Assembly (NCBI GenBank): GCA_973895155.1
Contig: OZ316893.1
Coordinates: 18,604,857 to 18,668,856 of the forward strand
Origin: Marsupella aquatica
Lineage: Eukaryota; Plantae; Marchantiophyta
Direction: 5' to 3'
DNA length: 64,000 nucleotides
This document shows, piece by piece, positions 50,925 to 64,000 of this stretch (the first letter of the stretch is position 1; each line of letters begins with the position of its first letter). Under the pieces are notes generated by a model that was not told the DNA's origin, ran no database searches, and was given only the letters and a program-made list of their open reading frames with translations. Both the position numbers and the translations under genes were made by a program.

Positions 50925-53900
50925 GGGGTGGTTAGCAAAGGGAGGAAGCAGGCGCCGCGCAAGGCGGTTGAGTCAGCGACATCTTCTAGTTAGGCGTAAC
51001 GATAGAATAACTGTCATTAGGCGCCGATTAGCGGCACAGTAGGAAGAATTAGGACCGGATCAGTTAGGATCAGCCAACGTAGGATAGAGTCCATCAATGG
51101 ACTAGATTTTGGTCAGTAGACTTAGCTGCTGCCATTCCGATCAGCGCCCTTGTCGTCAATAGTCAACCGGTCAGAGGAGTGCGGCCGGCTAGTCAGAGGG
51201 TAGTTAGTCAGTAGGCATTACCCCCGAAAGGTAGTATCTTCCGGTTCCTTTCTGCAACCATAGTATTTAGGCTCTCCCTTCCGTTGTGGGAGGGGGAGAA
51301 GGCATAGTTATCTCAGCGTAAGGAAAGGCGAGGCACGGGGAGTCCCGGCCTGAGTAGGGTCAGAGCGCACCAAGGAGTGAGAGCCAGAGTCGAGCTTGCT
51401 GGGCAAGTGCGGGGCGGGGCCTCGTAGAGACTGGGCATCGACTGCCGTTGGGCCTGCTGACCCCCTTAGAAGTCGAGTCAACTATGTAAACTGATTCTTC
51501 GTTGAGTAAATGTAGTCTTTTCCCTCTAATGTTTTCGCGAGTAACTGGTGTTGTGTGTATGCTTTGTCTGGGCAAAGGCGCCATTTCAAGGAACGTACCG
51601 GGTGCGGACTAATGGTAGGGATTGCCACCCATTGCATGTCATAAGGTTCTGTCGTGTCGATGGCTTGAAAGCCCCAAGCCGGGAGTTAGTCCGAGTCACT
51701 AACTGTGGGAATATTCCAGCGGTGGAAAACAAATATACCTATGACTAGTACGAGTTGCGCTACATGGAGGGGGCACTCATTTTGCCTTACAAGTGGAGCC
51801 GTGTAGTGAGCTATGAACCTTTGATTTTGTCCTTAACGTGTAGGAAGGGGCATGCCCCTTACCCGATCACGTTCTGCGTATTTACAACAACCAAACGGAG
51901 CATCAAGTTTGGCAGGAAATACCGCATCTGGTGGAGCGGGGAGCTCGCCTTCCCGAGCAGGATCGCTTATTGTGATGGGAACCCAAGCACCAACGGTGGG
52001 AGGAACTCCACCGGTTCCACCAGCCCCACAGGTACTAGGTGCGTTGCGACCCCCTGCGGCCAAGAACGTGTCACAATGATCTTGGTTCCACTATCGACCC
52101 TTCAAGGGACGACCCACGGATGACCCCGATGAATGGATAGTTGAGTTTGAGGCCACAGCCAAGGCAAATGGCGAGGAGGCCATTAAGCTAACCATCCTTC
52201 CAGGCGTGCTACGAGGAGAAGCGCGCCCGTGGTTTAACTTGCAACCCCCCGGCTTCACATGGGGCCAGTTCCAGACGGCGTTTTTGCAAGAGTTTAGGCC
52301 CGTGGGGATCAAATCTTGGGCCATGTAAAAGATTGGACGAATGCAGATGGGTAAGCATGACTCACTTCGCAAATTTCTGTAGAGATTCCAGAAGGTTGCC
52401 GCCAAGATTCGGCCTAAGCCCGATGACTCCCTGTTGAGGAAATGGTTCGTCAACACGCTACCCCAGAGAATGGCGTTCTCAGTGCTAGAAAAGAAGACCA
52501 CCACTCTACAACAGGCAATTGATAGTGCCGAATCCTTCAGGGAATCGCACTATGCCTCTCAGCTTAATAGGAGGACCAAGCATAAGAAGAGTAGGAGGAA
52601 TCATACATTCAGCGATTCCGACTCTGAGTACGACGAGAAGAAAAGGAAGAAAAGACGCCGGCATAAGAAGAAGGGCCGGACAAGCTCTTCATCAAACTCT
52701 GATTCAGAGTCTAGTGATTCCCTGTCCAGCAGCCCGACGTCAACTGGCTCATCCTCCAGTGATACCAAGTCAGAATCTTGTAACCACCGAAGGAAGAAGG
52801 GATCACGGTTAGATGCGGGTAAACATAAACCGCGATCCAAGGTCGTCACCACAGACCACAAGGCCGCGGAGGTAGAAAAGCTGAATGAAATCACAGACCG
52901 GCTGAAAGCACTATCGGTGCACTTGGCGGAGAAACCGCCCGACAAAAAGAAACCACCGGAAATCCGAGCGCATGCTTGGTGCTCCAAGTGTTATCAGTCT
53001 GGACACGTGGTGCAAGAATGCCCAAGGTGGAACACTTGCGTGCACCAGATAGAGTTGGAGCCCGGACAGTCCGAGCCAGAGGGAAGCACAATGGAATACT
53101 TCTTCGAGGATCCGGCTGAGGCGGTGTTCCAGATGAGTATGACGGGACCTCGCACCCTAAGCGGCCACAATCCCGGGTTCCATACCCCTTATCCGTATGC
53201 TGTGAATGGGCATGGCCCCCAGATGATCAGCAATCCAAGTATTCCGCCTAAACCCAGAGTTTGGCGGACCCCGGTTTGCTATAATTGCGAGAAACCTGGT
53301 CACTTTGCCCGAGAGTGCATGGAGTAACGGAAGCAAGGGGATGGGAGAGCGATTCCATTGTGCCACGTCTATCAAACCGAAGCACATTCCATGTCAAACT
53401 GCCCCTTGGTGTTAGCCGCGAAGGCCGACGCCGTCCGAGCTACTCTACCTGTGGCCCCACCGACTACGGATGCGGTAGTACAAATGGTAACGTTGGAATG
53501 GCAGGATGATTCCACCGAGTGGATCGATCTCATAGAAGCAGTCGAGCAACCGGGAGCGCACGCGGACAACAAATGTTACCACGTTTCTACCCGATCATCC
53601 TGCAAGAAAGACAAGTATGAAGCACGGGCTCAGAAGAATGACAAGCAAAGAGACGTGGCGGCAGATAACCATAGTCCGATGGAACCGGACGAGCGGGAAG
53701 ACTACCAACAGGATAACCCAAAGTTGTTTTACCCGAGTAGAGGAGCTAGTCAAAAAGCAATTGGAAGCCTACGAGGCCCAAGAGCACAAAAAAGCCATTA
53801 AGAAGGATATTGCCGATGCTAAAGCGGCCGAAAAAGCCGAGGAAGCTAAGACTGCCTTGGAAGCTGAAGTCAAGGGAGCAGAAGCATTAAAATCTGCGAC

Positions 53901-56900
53901 CCCACCGTCTAACCAGTACGACATCAAAAAGGATGTTCAACACTGTGCAGCCACGGCCACTGTCGGACAACTGTTGCAGGATAACCCAAAGTATCGGCAA
54001 CAACTCAAAGAGATGCTGATAGGGAAGAGAAGGAGACGACTACCTCGGGTAAGCACCTTAGCCGACTGTATGATGATTTACCAGGACTTAGGGGTGCCTG
54101 AGGTCTCTATCGAGATAGCAGGCTGTACTGTTCGGTTTGTACCGGTAGATGGCGGGTCCGGAGTAAATATCATGACGGAGGACACTTCCGTGAGGTTGGG
54201 ATATACATCTTATCAACCTACGGCGCGTGCCATTCGGTTAGCAAACGGCACCCGGATCATGCCATTGGGGATGTTGACCAAGATATCCACGTGGATTGGA
54301 GGCCTCGAGTTTTTTCTAAATTACCTGGTGATGCGACCAGTCCGACCCTCGACTTATCCAGTACTGTTGGGCAGACCCTGGTTATACGGTGCCCGAGTCA
54401 TTACCGACTGGGGAAAGAAGGAGTTACGATTCGGTAACCCGACTACGACGGTGTCATGGAAGGAAGAGGACTATCAGGGCGAAACACCCCAGGGACCCAA
54501 AGAATATGACTTGGAGGAGGAAATCTCAGAAGAAGAAGTAAACATGGTAGAGTTAATCTCTCGGCTGGACGAAGAGGAAGTCTTCGGGGTAAGGGCCACT
54601 AGAGAGGCCCATATTCTGAACCAGCCCAGACCAGCAGCCCCAATCAAGACGCCAGGGATGCTAGTAAGAGATGATGCGGCGGAGGGTGAAGAATTCCCCG
54701 TAATAGTGAGCCCTACGAAGGTCGTTGGCCAGGGCACCTTGCCCGGTATACTTGAGGAGCGAGGTACCAAGGCTGCCACTCCTCCCAAAAGAAAGAAAGT
54801 TACATGGAGCCCCGAGGTACCGTCCGTAATAGACGAACCCAAGAAGCTCCCCAAGGAGCAGCCGACAGTCTGGGAACCTGTGGCCTACGATGGCACCAGA
54901 CTCGAGGAATTGTAAGCCCATCTTGACCGGGCCACCAGAGACCAGGTAGATGTAATCCGCAAGGAACACTATAGCAAGTACACCACAAAGAGGGAGAGGA
55001 CATTCAACGTCGGTTATGGCCTACGAGCCCCAGAGGAAAAGGCTATCCAAGAACTTCTATCAGAATATGAGGACGTCTTTGCATGGAGTCATCGAGACTT
55101 AACCGGAATTTCACCGGCCTACGGCGAACACGTCATTGATCTAAACTTGGGTGCTCATGCCGTCCGAGAGAGACAACAAAGACTAAATCCAAGACATTCC
55201 ATCTTGGTAAAGGAGGAGTAAGATCAACTGATCGTGGCGGACATAATCTACCCCGTCTTATCTAGCGAATGGGTGTCCCCCATTGTGGTGGTTCCTAAGA
55301 AGGTAGGGCCCGATGGCAAACCCAAGATTCGAATATGCCAAGACTACCGGAAACTCAACGACGCTACTCGGAAAGACCATTACCCGCTTCCTTACACGGA
55401 TATGGTCCTTGACATGGTAGCCCGAAATGAGGTGTACACCTTCCTGGATGGATATTCGGGTTATAACCAGATTTGGATCAAACTATCGGACCAGCTCAAA
55501 ACCACGTTCATAACGGAGTGGGGAACCTATGCAGAAGGATGCCCTTTGGCTTATGCAATGCTCCGGCTATGTTCCAGCGAATCATTATGAATCTTTTTCA
55601 TGATTTCTTATGAGAATTTTTGGAGGTGTTTATAGACGATTTTGCCATCTTCGGAACAATTGCTCAGCACCCAGAACACCTGAGGCGGACTTTTGAGCGG
55701 TGCCGAGAAGTAGGTGTGAAGTTACACCCGGGTAAATGCTTCTTTGGGGTAGCAAAAGGAGTGTTGCTCGGACACCGAGTATCCAAACGAGGGATCGAGG
55801 TGGACCAAGAAAAGGTAGCCGCGTGGATGAATGTCCCTTACCCGACGGACCAGAAGGCGGTGCGATCCTTCTTAGGCTGTGTAGGGTACTACCGGCGATT
55901 CATTCAGGATTTTGCCAAGATAGCCCTACCCCTCACAGAAATGATGAAGCAAGACGCGGTCATAGAAATGACTCCCCGTCGAATAGCAGCCTTTCACGAA
56001 CTAAAAAAATGGCTAACTATGGCTCCAATCTTGACTACCCCCGATTGGAACAAGGAGTTCCATGTGTATGTCGACGTGTCTGGGTTTTGCATTGGGTCAG
56101 TGCTGAGCCAACTGGACGACAAAAAATGCGACCACCCCATTTACTATGCGAGCCGACAGCTGTTTTCAGCGGAAAAAAACTATTCGCCCACCGATCGGGA
56201 GGTCTTGGGGATCATCTACTCGTGTAAAAAGTTTTGCCACTATCCATTGGGATATAAGGTGATATTCCATACTGACCATGACAGCCTGAAGTACATGGTA
56301 AACAAAACGGACCTGACGGGGAGAATAGCCCGTTGGGTCCTACTGCTCCAAGAATTTGACTATGAAGTCAGGGTACGACCTGGGAAGGCACACGTGAATG
56401 CGGACTTCTTCTCAAGGATTGAAGGGGAATCGGACGACGCACCTGTCGATGATACATTCCCTAATGAAAAATTATTCCGCATGGAAACGGACCAACCAAC
56501 GTGGTACGGGGACCTAATCACCTTCCTCTTAATGGCCCGCATTCCAAGTAACATTAATCAAGAGGCCGCATCAATCTTCCTACGCAAGGCAGCACCCTAC
56601 ATGATGATACGCGGACATCTGGATAAGGAGGGCGTCGATGGGAAGATCCGTAGATGCCTAGATTATAACGAGACGATCATTGTCATGCGAGCTATGCACG
56701 AGGAGGAGGCAGGGGGACACTTCGCCCCGATCACCACGGCTCACAAGATCTTGGATGCAGGTTATTGGTGGCCTATGCTGCATCATGACGTAGCCCATTT
56801 CATCTGAGGTTGCGACTTGTATCAACGCGCGGGCAAACCCAGCAGATCGGGAAGCTAGTTCATAGAAAAAAACCTGAACTGACGAGCTGAAGGAGCGGAG

Positions 56901-57195
56901 AAGAGCGGAGAAGAGCGGTGAGAGCGGTGAGAGCTTGAGCATCTCACATTTGCGTTCTGGGTTTACACAAGTTTAAGATTTTTGGTAAATACGTCGTCGG
57001 TCTCATTGGATCCAGGACCGTCAGAGCTTTTTCTCGACACCTTTTGCGCTGTGATAGATTGCATTCAGACTAACTTTTGAGCATTTGAGGTAGGACGATG
57101 CTGTAGCGGAGTCTCTGGTCTTGGTAGTCTCAACACAGACATTCGTTATGGTCCTTGGATCCTTTGCACTCCCTATTCTGAAGCAACATTGAACT

Positions 57196-59482
57196 ATGGA
57201 TTACAATTGGCGCACTGGAATGGATACTCATGCATATGCCGGTCGAGGGCCTGGTAGACTCGGTGCTACTTCGTCTGGAAGAGGATTTGGCAGGAATCGG
57301 TATGGCACTTCTTGGAGGAATGATGGCTCACCCTTGTCTGAGGGGGGTAATACACGTGATGGAGATGAAATCAGGAGGGGTATAGGAGGAAATGTGCCCA
57401 GCAGATTCTCTATGCAGGATGCGCACGGAGGACCGAAGAATGCACCCTACGACCTTTTTGACAACTCGGCAAAGCATGACCGAAGACCACCAGTTGAACA
57501 GCCTCCAAGGATTTCTCGATTCATTCCTAGAAATGGTCCTTTGTGGGCTGATCAAATGGATGCAGATTTTCAAGAAGCTGCTGTCGTTGAGGAGAGACCT
57601 CTTGCTTCCCCGCCGGGTGCGGATGCTACTCCTCACTTGGGACCTCACCCTGTCTCTGGAGATCGCCAGAACGACCCTGTGCAACTTGAATCTTCACGTG
57701 AGCGCTAGGGTGAACGCAGAGATCCTGATCTTGGAATATCGAGGAATTACAGGGGATTGGAAAACAATGCTGAACCTACTTCCAGCCGTCAACAGGCTCA
57801 CTGGAACACGTTTGCTCCCATCCATGAACACGACGACTTTTCTGGGGAAAATTCAGAAGCATGTTTGGATATTCTGAAGACAATCTCGAACAATTCCAGG
57901 GAAGAGGCCGAATAAAGCTCCACACTATTTTCAAGTGGTCATTCGATGAGGCGGCCCTTTCAGTTTTGGAGCTCTACAATTGCACCATGATGTGCTACTT
58001 CACTGACCGCACTCCTCTGCTTCCAGTCTTTTGTGATTGGGTTGAAGGCATCTTCATCAGCGACATGGGTTGGCCGGTTTCGCAGATTAAATTTGCGGGC
58101 AAGAATTTTTACATGATTTCGTTTGTTCACCCGGAACACAGAGATGCAGCTTTAGAGCTGGCCCCATTTTTCATGGATCGGAAATTTGTCCACACTTTCC
58201 TGTGGGAGCCTTCTTTTGATGTGCAAAGTGAAACTTACACCAAATTACCTGTCTGGATTGAGACCCCTTTCCGTGCTCTGGTTCTTGAAGGTTGTCGGAA
58301 AAGAATCGCGGAATCCCTTGGGAAACTCCTTTATTATATCCAGGGAGACGTTTGAAGCTCTTTTCCTCATGATCATGCATGTATACTTTGGGATACGTGT
58401 CGCGAGATCCCTCAAAGTGTTGGAATCGAGATCACCGATGATATCACTATCTGGCAGCCAGTCACGTTCAAGAACATTCCCTACCACTGTTTTAGATGTA
58501 ATGAACAGGGCCATTTAGCCAGACAGTGCAAAGCCTTTGAAACAAAGGAGATTAAAAACGACGAACCTGAACCAGATAGGACACACAATGAGGTGGATGA
58601 GACGTATGCTTTTGACAGGGTGGTTCCCCGGTCCTTTGACTCTATTCACGTTGAGTCTGGGGGGGTCCCTTTGGGTCCCTCTCCTCGGGCACTGGAAGAG
58701 GTCCTTGCGACAGCTAGTGCTGGCGCGGCTAGGGGATCTTCGGCTGCTAGCCCTCCAGGGGTCAATCCTCTTGATCCTACGGTTGAGAGAAATACCCTTA
58801 ACATTGGTAATATCATTGCCCTTTCTTGAGGGGGTAGTGTTATTAGCCCCAGGTCACCTTTGAATCAAAATCAGACTTCGTCCCCAGCTGCTGTTTTGAT
58901 TGATAAAGTGCGTTCTCCCAATATTGGCACCCCGGTGGGGATTGAAGAATCTCCACTGAAAATTGTCCTCCGCTTCTCAGAGACAATGCTCTCTTTGAAG
59001 ATCATAGTTCACAAGATGTTATCCCTGGCGCAGTGGATTCGCCTGCTATAGAGAGAATATCTGATTCGCAGGCTTTGAGGAAGCATGGAGCAGCAGAAAT
59101 CGACAAGCAGGACTCCCTAGTTGCTGTACCGAGCCCTTCCTCTCTTGCAGTGGAGCCAACTTCAAACACAGATTACATGGATATTCAACCTGCCACTGAT
59201 GTCGAGGAGGCTTCTCTGCGGGGTGGATCTGATATAGAGATGTCAGAATATGAGGAATATATTTCTAAGAGCCAGTTAAAGAAGGAGCGAGCAAGAAAAC
59301 TAGAACTTCGAACTCCACCTACCGACCAGAAGAAGAAGGACAAAAAGGGTGACAACAAGAAGGGACGCTCTCTCCATTACCCTGCTCGGGAACCTCCTGC
59401 TCCGGACTCTTTAATTCGGATGCGCTCAGCTGCTAACTCCAATTCGGTCGTCCCGACTTCCCCGGGGCGCCGTGCCAAATAA
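57196..59482 (+). pseudogene. L1 ORF1 (DUF4283-like + CCHC zinc knuckle), interrupted
   Basis: GKNFYMISF..HRDAALELAPFFMD..WEPSF..LPVWIE and PYHCFRCNEQGHLARQC. Premature stops at 57708 and 58355, plus frameshifts. Confidence 0.85.
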
Positions 59483-59609
59483 GTGCTTCGAGAATCTGTT
59501 TTGGGCTTTCCTCTGGATCTGCTTATCTGCTGATCTGCATTTTCTGTTGGGATGGCCTCTCTCGTTTCCTGATTCTTACGAGAGTTGGAAGAACATTTTG
59601 AAAACTAAA

Positions 59610-62600
59610 ATGGATAATGAATTGTATATAGCTTCATGGAATGTCTATGGTCTGTGCGAATCGAACAGGAAACATGTGGTGAAAAATTGGATTATTTCGC
59701 TCAAGACCACATTGACTGCCTTAGCTTTACAAGAGGTTAAAGTTGATAGTTTTAGACTAGGTCTAGCGCTTCGGTTGATTCTACCTTCCTATCAATATTT
59801 ATCTGTTGAGCCAGATGACGGACGCGGGGGTACTTTGTTACTTATTCACCCCTCTCTTTCTATCACTCAATCTGGAGTAGTAGACAAAGGCCGCGCTGTG
59901 TGGGTGCGTGTTTCTCACCCTTTGGGAAACTTCGGTCTAGTAAGTGTGTATGCACCTAATCTCCCTCGAGACCGTGCTCTACTGTGGCATGAACTCAAAA
60001 TATCCCTTCCTCATGACAACTGGATTATCTGTGGGGATTTCAATATGACTGAAAGCAAAAATGATTCGTCTGGTTCATCGCCACTAATCAGAGGAAGGGA
60101 GGCAGAATTCTGGAGGTTTTTTAAAATGAGACTTGATTTGGAGGATGCTATTGGTGTTACTCGGAGCTTTCGTGGCGCAAACTTCACTTGGCGACGGAAA
60201 ATTAATGGGTCTGTGGTGCAGTCTAGACTTGACCGATTTTACCTTAGTGGAAAAATCTGGTGGACAGATTCATTTGTAGAACTTTGTCACAAAGGAGGAT
60301 CTGCACTTTCGGATCACGATCCTATCGTTCTTCACTTCCGTCTTTCTAATGTGGAGTCGGGAACGACCTCACACAAATCCTCCTATTTCAAGGCCAATGT
60401 GGGGCTGCTCAGAGTTGAAGGCTGTTTGGGAAAACTTTGCGGTGCATGGGAGGTGCAAGAAGATCGGGTGGTGGATCCTCACCTTCGTTTTTATCTGGCT
60501 AGTTTACGGCTGCGGGAAAAATACAAGGAATTACAATCCGCACCACTTGCCCGAGAGGTGGAAATCTCTCTCTTGAGGAATCGTCTGCGAACACTTAAGG
60601 TAGCCCTTATTAGTTCACTATCTGAATCAGACATCGCTGATTTTGCTACTGTGGACGATCAGGTAAGAATAGCTGAACATGAAGAGGCAGAAATGGGCAG
60701 GAGACTCTCACGGATCAAATGGCTGGGGCAGGGAGACGAACCATCTAAGTTCTACTTTGCTACGGTCAAGGCTAAAAGACTCAGAGAAAACATGTCTATG
60801 CTACTTCTTGATAATGGCGACATACTAACTCAAGAGGATAGTATTCTGAAAGAAGTAGAAAAACAATACTGTGCTCTTTACGAGGCACCGGAGGATTTGG
60901 CTTTTAGTACTTCGTTTGAAGTCAGAGAAGCTAGACGCAAACTCTTTGCTAACACTGGTAAGTCGCTTACGGCAGCTGAAATTAGGCAACTGGAATCCCC
61001 CCCATCGATGGAGGAGATTCGTTCTACTCTTTGGTTACTTTCGGTTGACAAAGCACCGGGACCTGATGGTATCACTGCCAAAGTGTACAGATCCTGTTGG
61101 CACTTTATGAAAGAAGACATTTATGAGATGATTCTGGATTTCTGGAGAACAGGAAAAATTTCGGCTAACATGAAGGAAGGTGTGATCAAATTGATCCCGA
61201 AGAAACCCGATAAAAGATGTTTGAAGGACTGGCGCCCTCTTACTATGCTCAATACCATCTACAAGGTTGTGGCTAAGATCTTGGCTTTACGCCTTAAACC
61301 ACTTCTACACAAGCTTATTAGTCCTCAGCAAACCGAATTCATTCCGGGCAGGCACATTTTAGAAAACATCTCGGTTGCCTGGCTGACTGTTGACTGGATA
61401 CGAGTTAACAAGAAAAGCTCTTTTTTTCTTATGTTGGACTTTGAGAAGGCCTTCGACAGAGGTTCCAGGGTTCATTTGAATGGCATGTTCTCAAAGGAAA
61501 TCCAGTTGCTCCGTGGTGTCCATCAAGGTTGCCCGTTATCTCCTCTTTTATTTGCGATTGCTACTCAACCTCTCATGGACTATCTGAATCAGGAGATTCT
61601 GCATGGACGACTGAGAGGTATTCAAATCTCTGAGGCCCTCATGATCTGTTACAGATTATTTGCAGATGATCTTGGATTGTTCATTCCTGCATCTGAAGAA
61701 GATTTCAATAAGGTCACGGAAGCAATTGCTTGTTACGAACTTGCATCTGGTGCTCGGCTCAACTTACGTAAGTCTACTGTCATTCCACTTGCGTTGGAGG
61801 AGATTCCAGAATGGCTGGTTAACACTGGTTGCAAGATCAACGGGAAAGGGGAAATTCAGAGATACCTTGGTGCGCCCATGGGATGGGACCTTTCTTCCTC
61901 GCAACTCCACACCTTCTATCTTGACAAGATTAGTTCTCGACTTTCTGCTTGGGCCACCCGTTTTCTTTCTTTCACAGGATGCACTATTCTTGTTAAGCAT
62001 GTATTGCAAGCTATTCCTATCTATCATATGATGTTCCTCAGAAGCTCCAACTCTTTGGCTAAGACTTTGGTGGCTCTCTGCCGTGACTTCCTTTGGGGAT
62101 ATAATGAGAATGGTGGACGGAAAATTCCCTTGGTAGCGTGGAAGATGATGGCACGGCCTAAGGTGGACGGTGGCCTTGGGTTTAAGGACTTTCGCAGTCA
62201 CTCTGACGCTTTACTCTGTCAATGGTTCACCCGTGCTCTGGATTCGCAAGTCTCTGAATGGGCTAGGCTTTTGGGGGAAAATTTGAGATTGGCAAAATGG
62301 AGGAATGCTAAGCGCATCAGGAGAAATAGATACTCTCTCTTTGATCGACTATTTCTCTGTTACCCTCATTCTTTTGGCTGTCTCTTTTACACGGGTAGTT
62401 TGTGGAAGGCTTGGGAGTCTCTTCGGCTGCACCTTATACTCTCACCGGGCGTTTCTGGCATGGCATGCTGGTGGAGCTTGGAGGATGTTGTGAGATGCCT
62501 GGAAGGTTTTCAGCACCTACAGGATGACATGATTTGCTCCATTATCAAGATGTGCGAGAGGATTGGAGTAAGGACGATGTCGAATTTAAATGGTTCTCAT

Positions 62601-63440
62601 GACTCAGTTGTTCAAACCTTTTCTACTAAAATTGCAAGAATACGTGGTGCTGACGCTGCAACGAGAGAGCTTTGTTTAGCATTCGTGGACAAAATCAAAG
62701 GTACTGTGGATTGCTTTGGAGATCTCCAAGCTCGTGCCGCCCAATGGTGTTGGTCTGACAAACGTGAATGGCTGAAGAGCTTCACCTTGTCCAATGCACG
62801 TATGTATCAGTTGATTTGACCCAAAGGCTCTGATTCTCTCAGGCTCAACGGGATTTGGAGCATTTCTTTTTCTGACCTCAAATGGAACAATTTCTGGAAT
62901 GCTCTATGGTCATCTGATTTACCATTAAAAGGCCGCTTATTCCTTTGGAGATTAGCTGCTCAAGGGTTATTCACTGGAACACGAGCTAGAAAGATTGGTA
63001 AAGGAGATGGAAGCTGCCTACTGTGCACCAATGTTCTTGAAACAATTCCTCATCTTTTCTTCACATGCCCCTTCGCTAAGAGGTGCTGGCAGCTAGCTGG
63101 GTGGATTTTTTCGGGAGCCACTTCTTGGAGACATTTGAATTTATTCTCTGTCTTGGAAGTCATTGGATGCACCAAAATTGAGAGAACCATTTGGGTCTTT
63201 GTGGTTTATCACGTGCTATGGACTCTCTGGCTGGCACGGAATGAGCAGCTTTTTAATCGTGTCAACAATAGAAGGTTTAATCTGAATCTACTCCTTTCAG
63301 ATATGTTAGACTCCTTGCATGGCCTCTGTGAAGCCTCGGGTCCTAGTAGAAAACATACTAGATTACTGCGAGTCAAAGAATTAGTCCGTCAGGAACGTCT
63401 TAGGTGCGTTACTCGTCCAGACGCATGGCTTCCCGTGGGT
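59610..63440 (+). pseudogene. L1 ORF2 (APE endonuclease, RT, zf-RVT)
   Basis: IASWNVYGL, LQEVK, GDFN, SRLDRFY, SDHDP, KAPGPDG, DWRPLTML, LDFEKAFDR, QGCPLSP, LFADD, YLGAP. TGA at 62817-62819 precedes zf-RVT (LFLWR..CLLC..ETIPHLFFTC). There is an in-frame deletion in RT near 61460. Confidence 0.92.
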
Positions 63441-64000
63441 TTTCACGGGTTTCATTTTTATTTCCCAAAAAAAAAAAAAAAAACCCGTAGATCGGGTAAT
63501 CATCCTCTTACCCCGATCTTTCCCCTTGCCCCGTTTGAGAAATGGGGCATCGATTATATCGGACCATTCACCCCGATAACCCGAGGTCGGCGTTGCCGGT
63601 ACATCCTTCTCGCTATCGACTATTCGACTAAATGGGTAGAGGCCCGGGCAATGGTCAAGGATGATGCGGCCACCACCGCCAGGTTCCTATAGGAACAGAT
63701 CTTCACCCATTTTGGACCTCCCTTGGAGTTAGTCAGCGACCGTGGGACGCATTTTTTGAACGAAACGGTGGAAAACCTGACTAACCGTTACCTCGTCAAG
63801 CACAGGAAGACTACCCCTTATCATCCCAAATGCAACGGACTAGCAGAGCGGGCTAATGGCATCGTAGGAAAAATCCTCAACAAAACCGTAGCCGCCCACA
63901 AAACGGACTGGGACGACAAGCTTTTTGCGGCGGTCTATTTGTACAACTTGGCGTTTAAAACTACGACAAACCATAGTCCGTATTTCTTGGTATTCGGACA

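Larger units (their letters stand above)
56852..63480 (+). mobile_element. Full-length L1-clade LINE inserted in the Gypsy integrase
   Basis: Poly(A) tail at ~63467-63483. Imperfect TSD aaacccagcagatcggg (56835-56851) versus aaacccgtagatcggg (63481-63496). Removing the element restores integrase RAGKPSRSG|NHPLTPI. The 5' UTR has gagcggaga repeats. Confidence 0.95.
48105..64000 (+). mobile_element. Non-chromovirus (Athila/Tat-like) Ty3/Gypsy element with a 5' extra ORF, split by an L1; runs off the window
   Basis: Starts TGTGAC where the DNMT-Gypsy gag breaks. Gag 51852-53327 (DDPDEW..F, CSKCYQSGHVVQEC, CYNCEKPGHFAREC), protease VPVDGGSGVN..LLGRPWL, RT WVSPIVVVPKK/FIDDF, RH YVDVSGFCIG. The integrase HHCC ends at 56851 and resumes at 63497 (WGIDYIGP, VSDRGTHF, NGLAER). 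Several stops and frameshifts. Confidence 0.9.

Noticed and set aside
59472-59609. N-terminal extension of L1 ORF2
   Set aside because: Relies on a GTG start. Endonuclease homology begins at the ATG at 59610, as in the copy at ~25452.
63135-63692. 185-aa ORF fusing an L1 C-terminus to integrase
   Set aside because: Chance read-through across the L1 poly(A)/TSD junction into the interrupted Gypsy integrase.

Overview
Repeat-dense eukaryotic genomic DNA, most likely from a non-seed land plant such as a bryophyte (inferred from the host gene and the transposon lineages). Only one host gene is recognisable: an intact 9-exon TMEM33/Pom33-family gene on the minus strand (10276-14658). Nearly everything else is nested or decayed transposons: Helitron remnants with minisatellites, a Mutator-like MITE, L1, RTE-like and CRE-like non-LTR elements, a young Bianca-like Copia with identical LTRs, and a second Copia family present as solo LTRs and a deleted copy. 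The standout is a decayed Ty3/Gypsy element (41158-48104, minus strand). Its polyprotein carries a DNMT3-like C5-cytosine methyltransferase between protease and RT, plus a PHD finger at the integrase C-terminus. A partial second copy lies at 22474-24590. Also notable are a reconstructable ~5-kb inversion (~27721-32677), a four-layer transposon nest, and a Gypsy with an extra ORF upstream of gag. All calls come from reading the sequence by eye; no database searches were run.
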